A stretch of DNA of 64,000 bases from Ferruginibacter sp. (lineage in GTDB: Bacteria > Bacteroidota > Bacteroidia > Chitinophagales > Chitinophagaceae): the NCBI GenBank assembly GCA_044222465.1, contig JBGANE010000007.1, positions 14,664-78,663 on the forward strand, written 5' to 3'. Position 1 is the stretch's first letter. Each line of letters starts with the position of its first letter. A program made the position numbers and the translations under genes. This document shows, piece after piece, positions 50,094 to 59,384 of the stretch. The notes under the pieces were generated by a model that was given only the letters and a program-made list of their open reading frames with translations, did no database searches and was not told the origin of the DNA.

Positions 50094-51242
50094 ATGCGTA
50101 GTTGTACAAAATCCTTTTATCTGGTAATCATTACCCTGTTATTTAATTCGCTCCTTCTCTCTGCTCAAAATAATTATGTAAAGAAATACGGTAATTCTGT
50201 TGTCTTTGCCGGTATTGAAGTGGGTTCAAAAGGAGTAAAGATGAGTTTGGTGGAAATAGAAAAAACGGCCCTTCAAAATGGTTCTTTGAATGTGATGAAG
50301 GACACAACGGTGAATACCGATTTTATTTCCTTCACCCAGGCCACTTACCAGGCCACATTGGCTGCATTGAACAGTTTATACGACATGGCATTGAAGAACT
50401 ATTCCATCCCGGCCAATCATATTTTCACTGCAATCAGCAGCGGGGTAAATATTCAGGCAGTAAAAGAAAATAAACTTACCTGGGTAGATCAGCTTACGAA
50501 TGCATTCAGGTTTAATTTCAATGAACCCGAAAGAAAGGTCAGTGTAATTGATGTAAAAGAAGAGGCCCGTCTTTCTCATCTTGGTATTGTACCTGATTCA
50601 AGGCGCTATAATACTTTCCTCATCGATATTGGAAGCGGAAATACAAAGGGTGGGTTCTTTCCTAATGATAACACAAAGGATTTTAAACTCTTTCAATTGA
50701 GTTGGGGCACAAAAAGTACAAGCAATGCTGTTGAAAAAAGATTGGAGGGAGACAATAGCCTGGAAAATTATAATAAACATTTGGCCCGTGTACTTGCAGG
50801 AGCAGAAAATAATGAAATTATATATGCAGTTAATGAAAGTGGTTCTTACCCGGTAAGTGACAATGTGGCTTTCAGTGGGGGAATAGCCTGGTCACTGGCT
50901 ACTTTAATGTACCCTGAACTGATAGGTAATTCAGTGGTCCCGGTAACTTATGAGGAGGTTTTGAGTTTTAATGAGAGGTTGTTAAAAAATCATAGCTCTT
51001 TAGCAGATAACAATATCTTAAAAACCTTAGATGACAAAACACTGGATATGGATGCGATTGCAAAGGAAGTAAAAAGGGTAAACCAGGTATTTGATCAGAG
51101 ATCACTGCTGGCAGGAACCGGCCTTTTATTGAAAATCATGCGGCAATTTGAAAGTGTCTATGAAAAAAAGAGTTTCTACCTGGTTAAGAACGGTGCAGTG
51201 GGTTGGATCACTGCCTATGTTAATCAAAATTCTTCCAATTAA
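50094..51242 (+). CDS. Exported Ppx/GppA-like ASKHA-fold protein
   Basis: Signal peptide; GIEVGSKGVK, TAISSG, EEARLSHLG and IDIGSGNTKG motifs. Confidence 0.7.
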   Translation: MRSCTKSFYLVIITLLFNSLLLSAQNNYVKKYGNSVVFAGIEVGSKGVKMSLVEIEKTALQNGSLNVMKDTTVNTDFISFTQATYQATLAALNSLYDMALKNYSIPANHIFTAISSGVNIQAVKENKLTWVDQLTNAFRFNFNEPERKVSVIDVKEEARLSHLGIVPDSRRYNTFLIDIGSGNTKGGFFPNDNTKDFKLFQLSWGTKSTSNAVEKRLEGDNSLENYNKHLARVLAGAENNEIIYAVNESGSYPVSDNVAFSGGIAWSLATLMYPELIGNSVVPVTYEEVLSFNERLLKNHSSLADNNILKTLDDKTLDMDAIAKEVKRVNQVFDQRSLLAGTGLLLKIMRQFESVYEKKSFYLVKNGAVGWITAYVNQNSSN

Positions 51243-51295
51243 TGTTCCTATCAACCCTCCTCTTCAACAATTCATGACATTTATATGATTAGCCT

Positions 51296-52240
51296 ATGAG
51301 AGATGCCAGATCATTAATATTACTCCTCGTATCATTATTGTTGGTCTTAGTATCGTTTGTTTTAATATGGACATGGGGCTATCGCTTCTACAATAAAAAT
51401 GATGAATTCAAGGTTGCTGCAAAACTGGTCATTACCGACTCCAACGCCTTGGCCAACCGTATCCGGGATTCTTTGCAAAAAGTATATAATGAAACTTTGT
51501 ACAAACTGGATACTCAACTCGATTCGACTTTACTCAACTCTGATTCTTTAAAAAAACAACTCGACATTAAGTTAGCCGAGTTTTACAGGCTAAGCGGTGA
51601 AATAACCGCTATCTTAAACAGGCGCAATAATAATTATGCCGATATAGATATGGCCAAGAAGAAGATTGGGGAGTTGCAGAATAAGGCCGATGATATGAGG
51701 GATAAGAACCAGGTAGTAGATTCGGAAAATAAAAAACTCACTGAGATACTTGACCAGGTACAAAAAACAGAAAAGGGTTCAGAGAAAAATATAAAGCAGG
51801 GGAATGCAGAAAACAATGTAGCTGTTGAAAAAAGCAACCCTGCCTATTCGGTCTTTACTGCATCCGAAATGAAACTTTCGGCAATAACAGTAAATGACGA
51901 AAAGGAATCGGAAACTTTTTTTGCCGATCAGACAAAGAAACTGGTTGGTGCTTTTACGGTTACCAACAACAACAGCCAGCTTAGTAGTGCAGAAGTGATA
52001 GTAGTGGTTCAACAGCCCGACGGACGTGTTTTAAAGAATTCGGAATGGGAATCAGGATCATTTAGTACACCCGAAGGCAAAAAATTATACTCTTATAAAC
52101 TGAACTTTAATTACTCAAAGGGCGAACCTAAGCGCTTGTATTTTTCTTTAAAGGCGGATACTTACCAAAAGGGAAATTATACCATGCAGGTTTACTATAA
52201 TGGTACCATGATCGGTAAATTATTCAAAACACTCTCCTGA
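51296..52240 (+). CDS. Single-TM coiled-coil protein with C-terminal beta-sandwich domain (Bacteroidota hypothetical)
   Basis: N-terminal TM helix, heptad region about aa 55-165, QPDGRVL...KGNYTMQVYYNG. Confidence 0.8.
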   Translation: MRDARSLILLLVSLLLVLVSFVLIWTWGYRFYNKNDEFKVAAKLVITDSNALANRIRDSLQKVYNETLYKLDTQLDSTLLNSDSLKKQLDIKLAEFYRLSGEITAILNRRNNNYADIDMAKKKIGELQNKADDMRDKNQVVDSENKKLTEILDQVQKTEKGSEKNIKQGNAENNVAVEKSNPAYSVFTASEMKLSAITVNDEKESETFFADQTKKLVGAFTVTNNNSQLSSAEVIVVVQQPDGRVLKNSEWESGSFSTPEGKKLYSYKLNFNYSKGEPKRLYFSLKADTYQKGNYTMQVYYNGTMIGKLFKTLS

Positions 52241-52259
52241 TACTTTCCTTACTGCTGTT

Positions 52260-53771
52260 TTACTTATAGAATATACCAACCGAAAGGCAGATGGCGCAGA
52301 TAATGATGAGTAATATAATAAGCGGGTAAATAAAACGCCACCAGGTTTTAAAACTCACATTTACCAGTGCCAGCGAGGGTAATATCAATCCCGTTGGGGT
52401 TATAAAATTCATGATACCCATACCAAATAAGTAGGCATTAACAATCTCCCTGCCCGGCACATCTACCAAAACAGCCAATGCACCCATGATGGGCATGGTG
52501 AGTACGGCCATGCCTGATGAAGAGGAAATGAACAATGTAAAAAGCATGTACAGGAAAAGCATGAGTACAATAAATAAAGCCGGGGGCATACTGCCGGCAA
52601 GTTTGGCCGAATAAAATAAAATGGAATCACTGATATGACCCTCATTTAAGATAATGGTAACACCCCTGGCCACACCTACGATCATGGCTACGCTTAATAA
52701 ACTCTCTGCACCGGTGATGAATTGTTTGATGTAAACAGATTCATTAAGCCTCAAAATGATAGCCAATAAAATGGAAGATGCTAAAAATAATGTAGTCATC
52801 TCCAAAAGCCACCATTCAAAAAACACCACCCCGGCTATCATTGTTAAAAAAGTGAAGAGAAAGATGACCAGTAATAATTTTGTTTTGCTGGAGAGCCTCG
52901 TATCACTATCAGTATTGTTGCTCGTATTAATTGAAGGGTAGGGCGAAATGATCGCTCCGTCAGTTTTGTAAACGAGTGATGCAGTCGGGTCGGCCTTAAC
53001 TTTTTTAGCATACCGGCTAATGTACCAGATGGTTACAGCAGTAGTAATTACAAACATGATGATACGTTCGGCCAGCCCTTCGGTCCAGTTTACACCTGCC
53101 GCATTAGAAGCGATTATGGTGGAGAAAGGGTTTGTAAAAGATGCCAGGTAACCGATCTGGGCTCCGGCAAAAATTACCGCAACAGGAACTAAAAGATCGT
53201 AACCCGCAGCTAAAAATAATGGAACTATTACCGGGTAAAACACCAGGGTCTCTTCAGCCATGCCGTAGGAAGCGCCTGCGAATGAGAACAGGAATGTAAG
53301 TATGATGATGAGCCATGTTTCTTTACCCTTCATATTATACGACAACGCTGTCAATCCCCTTACCATAGCTCCCGATTCATTAAAAACGCTCATGAAACCT
53401 CCAATGACCAGTATGAAGAATACGATATCAATGGAATCGTAGACGCCTTTTATGGGCGCCTGTAGTATTTCAATTAACCCCTGCCTGTTCCTTGCAATGG
53501 TCTGATAAGTTCCCGGAACAGAAACAGGTTTTCTTATGGCACCGCTCTTAAATTTATCCAGTGAAATTTTTATGCCCAGGCTGTCCAGTGTATGTTGTGT
53601 AAATGGCAGCGAAGATTCACCATCTTTTGTGATGAATGTAAACTTGTCTCCTTCGGTATAAGAAAGCCTGCTGTATTGCCCGGCCGGTATCACAATGGTG
53701 GCAAGGGCCGCAATAATGATGACAGCCATCAGGATGGTGATAGGCGAAGGCAATTTTCTTTTTGACGTCAT
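52260..53771 (-). CDS. YfcC/DcuC-family transporter
   Basis: LPSP.TIL, IVFFILVIGG, GMAEET, SFTNPFST.IAS, SSSGMAVLTMPI, ITPTG. Confidence 0.9.
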   Translation of the reverse strand: MTSKRKLPSPITILMAVIIIAALATIVIPAGQYSRLSYTEGDKFTFITKDGESSLPFTQHTLDSLGIKISLDKFKSGAIRKPVSVPGTYQTIARNRQGLIEILQAPIKGVYDSIDIVFFILVIGGFMSVFNESGAMVRGLTALSYNMKGKETWLIIILTFLFSFAGASYGMAEETLVFYPVIVPLFLAAGYDLLVPVAVIFAGAQIGYLASFTNPFSTIIASNAAGVNWTEGLAERIIMFVITTAVTIWYISRYAKKVKADPTASLVYKTDGAIISPYPSINTSNNTDSDTRLSSKTKLLLVIFLFTFLTMIAGVVFFEWWLLEMTTLFLASSILLAIILRLNESVYIKQFITGAESLLSVAMIVGVARGVTIILNEGHISDSILFYSAKLAGSMPPALFIVLMLFLYMLFTLFISSSSGMAVLTMPIMGALAVLVDVPGREIVNAYLFGMGIMNFITPTGLILPSLALVNVSFKTWWRFIYPLIILLIIICAICLSVGIFYK

Positions 53772-53849
53772 AGCTTATTTTTTCAATATTGAATATAAGT
53801 ATTTTAATGTTCTTTCTGTGTATGTTTCAAAACAGGTTATTTTAGCAAG

Positions 53850-54323
53850 ATGAAAGCAGCAACCATCCCGGAACTAAAAACCGAACTGAATAACTCTTCA
53901 CCCGAACAGTTGATGGAAGTATGTATACGGCTTGCCAAATTTAAAAAGGAGAACAAGGAACTGATCACTTACCTGCTGTTTGAATCTTTTGATGAGCGTG
54001 CCTATATAGAAAACATAAAAAAAGAGATACAGGCACAGTTTGATGAGATCAATAAATCGAATGTGTATTTTGTAAAGAAGAGCCTGAGAAAAATACTGCG
54101 GTTTGTAAATAAACATACCCGCTACATTGCTTCAACAGAAGCCGAAGCAGACCTGCTGCTCTCTTTTTGTTCCCGGTTGAAAGCATCAGGTGTGCCCATG
54201 GAAACGAACCCGGTCATCAGAAACATCTACCAGAATCAATTAAAGAAAATAACCAAATCAGTGGCAACCATGCATGAAGACCTGCAGTATGATTATGTGA
54301 AACAATTAAAACTTCTTTCTTAA
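53850..54323 (+). CDS. Conserved hypothetical protein
   Basis: RLAKFKKENKELITYLLF, KKSLRKILR, HEDLQYDY. Confidence 0.8.
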   Translation: MKAATIPELKTELNNSSPEQLMEVCIRLAKFKKENKELITYLLFESFDERAYIENIKKEIQAQFDEINKSNVYFVKKSLRKILRFVNKHTRYIASTEAEADLLLSFCSRLKASGVPMETNPVIRNIYQNQLKKITKSVATMHEDLQYDYVKQLKLLS

Positions 54324-54367
54324 TTTTAAAATGAACAATAAATTTTCGTACATTCAAAATAAAAAAT

Positions 54368-54607
54368 ATGCCGAAATCTAAAACAAGGAAACATCATCAT
54401 GATTATAAGCCACCACCCAATGCAGAAAAGGCAAAGAAAAACAGGAGTGCCGTTTTAATTGCCATGATTGTCTGTGGTATTCTTGGTATGGGGATAGCAT
54501 TTTTTGCTTTTGACGATGCGATCTGGTTGCTGGCAGGGGCTGTTTTTGGGGCCGCAATCGGGTATTTTGCCGGCAAACAGCTCGACAAGTCCTTTTCCAA
54601 AAAATAG
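54368..54607 (+). CDS. Small two-TM membrane protein
   Basis: Basic N-terminus, two hydrophobic Gly-rich helices. Confidence 0.7.
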   Translation: MPKSKTRKHHHDYKPPPNAEKAKKNRSAVLIAMIVCGILGMGIAFFAFDDAIWLLAGAVFGAAIGYFAGKQLDKSFSKK

Positions 54608-54760
54608 CCCCCACATTACAAATAGTTGTACAGCCTTTAGGGGTTACTAACAGTTTTCACCCAAATGTGGAAATGATTACCCATTACCCGCTTGCATTTG
54701 GGTAAACTAAATATTACTTTGGATGATATTTATAATTTAACCTCACCAAAAACTTAACTT

Positions 54761-55177
54761 ATGGACATTAAAAAATGGGTCATTGGCGGAATAACTGGAG
54801 GAGTTCTCTTCTTTCTTTTAGGCTGGGTGATTTATGGAATGCTGTTAAAGAGTTTTATGGAAGGCCATCCTGGAGCAGCAGGTAATGTATTCAGGGAGCC
54901 TGAATTCCTATACCTGGCTATAGGTAACCTGGCTATGGGATTTCTCATTGCCTACATTTTACTTAAGGGTAATGTTACTTCAATGGCGGGTGGTTTCGTA
55001 ACTGCCGGAATTGTAGGAGTGCTTGTTGGAGTTGGTTATGATAGCATGATCTATGCTACAACCAATGTGATGAGTAAAACGGCCATGGCAACCGATGTTG
55101 TGGCTTCATCAGTAATGACTGCAATTGTGGGTGCCGTTGTTGCGATGGTTATGGGTATGGGCAAAAAGACCGCCTGA
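54761..55177 (+). CDS. Hypothetical four-TM membrane protein
   Basis: Four hydrophobic Gly-rich segments. Confidence 0.75.
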   Translation: MDIKKWVIGGITGGVLFFLLGWVIYGMLLKSFMEGHPGAAGNVFREPEFLYLAIGNLAMGFLIAYILLKGNVTSMAGGFVTAGIVGVLVGVGYDSMIYATTNVMSKTAMATDVVASSVMTAIVGAVVAMVMGMGKKTA

Positions 55178-55284
55178 CCTTAGGTTTTCTTCAATACAGG
55201 TACCCTAAATTGCCTCAGCAGGATAAGCTTTGATGAGAGAGGCGTCTATTCTATACTTGGTTAGAAATAATTTTTGGGAATAAG

Positions 55285-55308
55285 GGAGTCCAGTGATGGG
55301 CTCCTTTT
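55285..55308 (+). terminator. Intrinsic terminator
   Basis: GGAGTCC-AGTGAT-GGGCTCC-TTTT. Confidence 0.6.
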
Positions 55309-55356
55309 GTTATACAGCCAACTTTATATTTATCTTTACCCAATAGCAAAATATTC

Positions 55357-56730
55357 ATGATAAAGAACAAATTATTACTTACCACTGTTACGGCATTTTA
55401 TTCATTCAGTCTTTTTGCACAAAAGGATGCCCCGTTTTCCGAAGAACTTAAACGGGAAATGTGCAGTAAAGTAAAGGATGCTGCAAAACACGCCTGGAAA
55501 GGATATAAAGATCATGCCTGGGGAGCAGATGACCTTAAGCCATTGACAAAGGAACCGAAGATCTGGTACAACACATCAATGCTGATGACCCCGGTTGATG
55601 CATTTGATACTTTTACTTTACTGGCACTGAAAGATGAAGCTAAAGAAGCCAAAGAACTTATACTGGCCAAACTCGATTTCAATATTGATAACGATGTACA
55701 GGTATTTGAAATAACCATTCGCCTGCTTGCCGGACTATTGACCGCTTATGAACTGGATGGTAATAAAAAATTCTTAACGCTTGCCGAAGACCTGGGTAAC
55801 CGGCTGATGCCTGCTTTTAACACGCCAACAGGAATGCCATACAGGTATGTGCATCTTCAGACCGGTAAAACAAGGGATGGCATCAACAACCCGGCAGAGA
55901 TTGGAACACTGATGATGGAATTTGGAAAGTTATCGAAGCTTACCGGAAAGAATAAATATTATGCGGCAGCAAAAAAAGCCATCATGTATGTGTACAATAA
56001 AAGAAGCAAGATTGGCCTGGTGGGAGAGCAGATAGATGTGAATACAGGTAAATGGGTAAACAGCAGGAGTCATATCGGCGCTTATATTGATTCATACTAT
56101 GAGTATTTATACAAAAGCTGGCTGCTCTTTGGTGATAATGATTTTAAAATGGCATTTGATACGCATAACAGGGCCATAAAAAAATACCTGGTCAGTAAAA
56201 CCGATCATGGGTGGTTCATGCACCAGGTAAATATGAACACAGGAAAAGTCATAGGAACAAGATACGGCGCCCTGGAAGCTTTTTATGCAGGCCTTTGTGC
56301 TTTTGCAGGCGATATTGAAACGGGTAGGGAAATACAGGAAGCGAATTATTATATGTGGACACGCTTTAACATTGAGCCGGAGGAATTCGATTTCAAAAAG
56401 GACAGCATCACCAGCGCTTATTATATCCTGCGACCCGAGAACCTGGAAAGTTGTTTCTACCTGTACCGCCTCACCGGTCAGTTAAAATTCCTGTGGCAGG
56501 GTAAAGTGATGGTGGAAAGTATCATTGACCTTTGTAAAACTGATGTGGCGTTCGCTTCGTTAAAGAGTGTCCTCAATTTTGAAAGAGAAAACTCAATGGA
56601 AAGTTTCTTTTTTGGTGAAACATTAAAATACGCTTACCTCATCTTTGCACCTGAATCAATGTTGAATCTTAAGAAAGTAGTGCTCACCACGGAAGCCCAT
56701 CCTTTTAAAATTGAAAAGAAGAAACAGTAA
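55357..56730 (+). CDS. Glycoside hydrolase family 47 alpha-1,2-mannosidase
   Basis: AWKGYKDHAWG.DDLKP, VFEITIRLLAGLL, AF.TPTG.P, DSYYEYLYK, LRPENLES, MESFFFGETLKY, TTEAHP. Confidence 0.92.
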   Translation: MIKNKLLLTTVTAFYSFSLFAQKDAPFSEELKREMCSKVKDAAKHAWKGYKDHAWGADDLKPLTKEPKIWYNTSMLMTPVDAFDTFTLLALKDEAKEAKELILAKLDFNIDNDVQVFEITIRLLAGLLTAYELDGNKKFLTLAEDLGNRLMPAFNTPTGMPYRYVHLQTGKTRDGINNPAEIGTLMMEFGKLSKLTGKNKYYAAAKKAIMYVYNKRSKIGLVGEQIDVNTGKWVNSRSHIGAYIDSYYEYLYKSWLLFGDNDFKMAFDTHNRAIKKYLVSKTDHGWFMHQVNMNTGKVIGTRYGALEAFYAGLCAFAGDIETGREIQEANYYMWTRFNIEPEEFDFKKDSITSAYYILRPENLESCFYLYRLTGQLKFLWQGKVMVESIIDLCKTDVAFASLKSVLNFERENSMESFFFGETLKYAYLIFAPESMLNLKKVVLTTEAHPFKIEKKKQ

Positions 56731-56745
56731 TTAAGAAAATAACAA

Positions 56746-57972
56746 ATGGCTTCAACAAAGAATGCTGCTGTAGGATTTATATTCATCACGCTGCTTATTG
56801 ATGTGATCGGTTTTGGCATCATCATACCCGTAATGCCGGGGCTTATTTCCAAACTCAACAATGTTGATATCAGTACGGCTGCCAAATACGGCAGTTATCT
56901 TACCGTTGCGTATTCTGTCACCCAGTTTGTTTTTGCACCAATACTCGGCAACCTAAGCGATAAGTATGGAAGAAGGACTGTGTTGCTTTGCTCCTTGTTC
57001 GGTTTTGGCATTGACTATATTTTTATGGCGCTGGCGCCTACATATGCCTGGCTTTTTATAGGCAGGATCATTGCCGGTATTACCGGTTCAAGTTTTACTA
57101 CTGCTGCTGCATACATTGCCGACATTAGTAATGTTGAAAACCGGGCAAAGAATTTCGGAATGCTGGGAGCTGCTTTCGGCATGGGATTCATCATTGGCCC
57201 GCTGCTGGGTGGTTTATTGAGTGGCCTGGGGCAACGGGCGCCATTTTATGCAGCAGCAACACTGGCATTGCTTAACTGGGCCTATGGATTTTTTATTCTG
57301 CCCGAATCGCTGAAAAAAGAAAATCGCAGGGAATTTGAGTGGAAGAGAGCAAACCCCGCTGGCTCTTTGATGTCGCTCATGAAATTCCCTTCTGTTGTTC
57401 CGCTTATTATCAGCATATTATTATTGTACATTGCCGCCCACGCCATCATGAGCAACTGGAGTTATTTTACCATTCACCGTTTTAGTTGGAGCGAAAGTAT
57501 GGTTGGGTTATCTCTCGCCGTGGTTGGTGTATTGGTTGCATTGGTGCAGGCAGGGCTCACAAGGGTCATCAACCCCAAAATAGGAAGTGAGAGAAGTTTG
57601 TACTATGGCCTTGCCTGTTATTCGGTAGGCATGTTGTTGTTTGGCCTGGCTACACAAAGCTGGATGATGTTTGCATTTCTTGTTCCTTATTGCCTCGGCG
57701 GCATTGCACAACCTGCGCTTCAGGCTGTGATGGCCGGAAGGGTTCCACCAAATGCACAGGGCGAACTGCAGGGTGCCATTACCAGTACTATGAGCCTGGC
57801 TGCCATTATTGGCCCCTTTGTGATGAACAACCTCTTCTTTTATTTTACGCATAGCGATGCCCCGGTTTATTTACCGGGTGCACCATTCTATTTAGGCGCC
57901 ATCCTTATGGCAACAAGTTTTTTGATCGCTTACCGTACATTGCATCCGTCAAAACTTCAAACCATAACATGA
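56746..57972 (+). CDS. MFS transporter, TetA/DHA1-like
   Basis: [47 protein letters not shown]. Confidence 0.92.
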   Translation: MASTKNAAVGFIFITLLIDVIGFGIIIPVMPGLISKLNNVDISTAAKYGSYLTVAYSVTQFVFAPILGNLSDKYGRRTVLLCSLFGFGIDYIFMALAPTYAWLFIGRIIAGITGSSFTTAAAYIADISNVENRAKNFGMLGAAFGMGFIIGPLLGGLLSGLGQRAPFYAAATLALLNWAYGFFILPESLKKENRREFEWKRANPAGSLMSLMKFPSVVPLIISILLLYIAAHAIMSNWSYFTIHRFSWSESMVGLSLAVVGVLVALVQAGLTRVINPKIGSERSLYYGLACYSVGMLLFGLATQSWMMFAFLVPYCLGGIAQPALQAVMAGRVPPNAQGELQGAITSTMSLAAIIGPFVMNNLFFYFTHSDAPVYLPGAPFYLGAILMATSFLIAYRTLHPSKLQTIT

Positions 57973-59363
57973 AGGATATAACCGGCTTTAAAAACGTTTT
58001 TTTTATTGGTATTGCCGGTGTGGGTATGAGCGCTATTGCACAATACCTGGCAGGTATCGGAAAAAAAGTAAGCGGCAGCGACCGCTATTTTAAGGAGGGA
58101 GAATTTAACGACACAAAAGAAAAGCTGGAAGCAGAAGGAATACAATGTTTTCTGCAGAACGGGGAAGGTATTACACATGAAACAGACCTTGTTGTTGTTT
58201 CAACCGCCATTGAGGATACCGTTATTGAAGTGCAGAAAGCGAAGCAGCTGAATATTCCAATCATCAAACGTTCCGAATTGCTGGCACTTATTGCCAAAAG
58301 CAAAAAAACGATCGCTGTTGGCGGAACGTCGGGTAAGAGCACAACTTCAGCCATGCTTTTTGATATACTCGACCATGCAGGCTTGCAGCCCAGCATCATT
58401 AGCGGTGCAGGCCTGGTGAGTATCATTAAAGAAGGGAAGATTGGTAATGCAAAAGTAGGGACAGGGGAGTGGCTGGTCATTGAAGCGGATGAAAGTGATG
58501 GCAGCATAGTTCAGTACGAAGCGGAGATCGGCTTATTATTGAACGTAGATAAAGACCACCAGGAGATCAATGAACTGATGAACATCTTCAGCATTTTCAA
58601 AAACAACAGTAAAAAATTCATCGTCAACCAATCGAATGTTTTGGCAAAACAGCTCTCTCAAAACATAGATCAGGATTTCTCAACTGATGAAAATTTAAAA
58701 GCCGGGTATATTGCGACCGATTTCAAACAAGAAGGCTTTAGTATTTCATTCAACATACAACACCTGCCTACCGGACAGGTAGGTTCAACATTCAACATAA
58801 CTACTATTGGAAAGCACAATATGGAGAATGCCCTCGCCGCAGTTGCAGTAGCTAATCAGATAGGCGTTGACCTGCAATCCTGTGCTGCTTCTTTAAAAAA
58901 CTATGAAGGCATTTACCGCCGTAACCAGGTATTGGGAAATAAGAATGGTATTTGGGTAATTGATGACTATGCTCACAACCCGGTAAAATGTGCTGCTGCT
59001 ATTAAAGCCTGCCAGCCGGTGGCCGGTAAAGTGGTGGCCTGGTTCCAGCCGCATGGTTATGGGCCAACCCGTTTTTTACGAAACGATTTTGTGAAAGAGA
59101 TATCGGCAGCCCTAAGGCCGCAGGATGAGATTTGGATGAGTGAGATATTTTATGCAGGCGGCACGGCGGTAAAGGATATAAGCGCCGGTGATCTCATCAA
59201 TGATATTAAAGCAACGGGTAAGAACGCTTTTTTTATAGAAGACCGGAACTCTTTTTTAGAAACAGTGAGGCCGCATTTATCCGGTGATTCTGTCTTACTT
59301 TTAATGGGAGCCCGGGACCCTTCACTGGAAAAATTTTCTACCTCGGTTTTTGAAAATTTGTAA
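57969..59363 (+). CDS. murC: UDP-N-acetylmuramate--L-alanine ligase-like (MurC/Mpl paralog)
   Basis: FIGIAGVGMSAIA, AVGGTSGKSTTS, EADESDG, GKHNMENA, DDYAHNP, WFQPHG; outside the dcw cluster. Confidence 0.8.
   Translation: MKDITGFKNVFFIGIAGVGMSAIAQYLAGIGKKVSGSDRYFKEGEFNDTKEKLEAEGIQCFLQNGEGITHETDLVVVSTAIEDTVIEVQKAKQLNIPIIKRSELLALIAKSKKTIAVGGTSGKSTTSAMLFDILDHAGLQPSIISGAGLVSIIKEGKIGNAKVGTGEWLVIEADESDGSIVQYEAEIGLLLNVDKDHQEINELMNIFSIFKNNSKKFIVNQSNVLAKQLSQNIDQDFSTDENLKAGYIATDFKQEGFSISFNIQHLPTGQVGSTFNITTIGKHNMENALAAVAVANQIGVDLQSCAASLKNYEGIYRRNQVLGNKNGIWVIDDYAHNPVKCAAAIKACQPVAGKVVAWFQPHGYGPTRFLRNDFVKEISAALRPQDEIWMSEIFYAGGTAVKDISAGDLINDIKATGKNAFFIEDRNSFLETVRPHLSGDSVLLLMGARDPSLEKFSTSVFENL
58749..58797. 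repeat. (TTCAACA)n heptamer array interrupted by a 21-nt GC palindrome, in frame in the murC paralog
   Basis: TTCAACA TACAACA [CCTGCCTACCGGACAGGTAGG] TTCAACA TTCAACA, encoding FNIQHLPTGQVGSTFNI. Confidence 0.75.
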
Positions 59364-59384
59364 ACAGGTACTGTGAAAGTCAAT

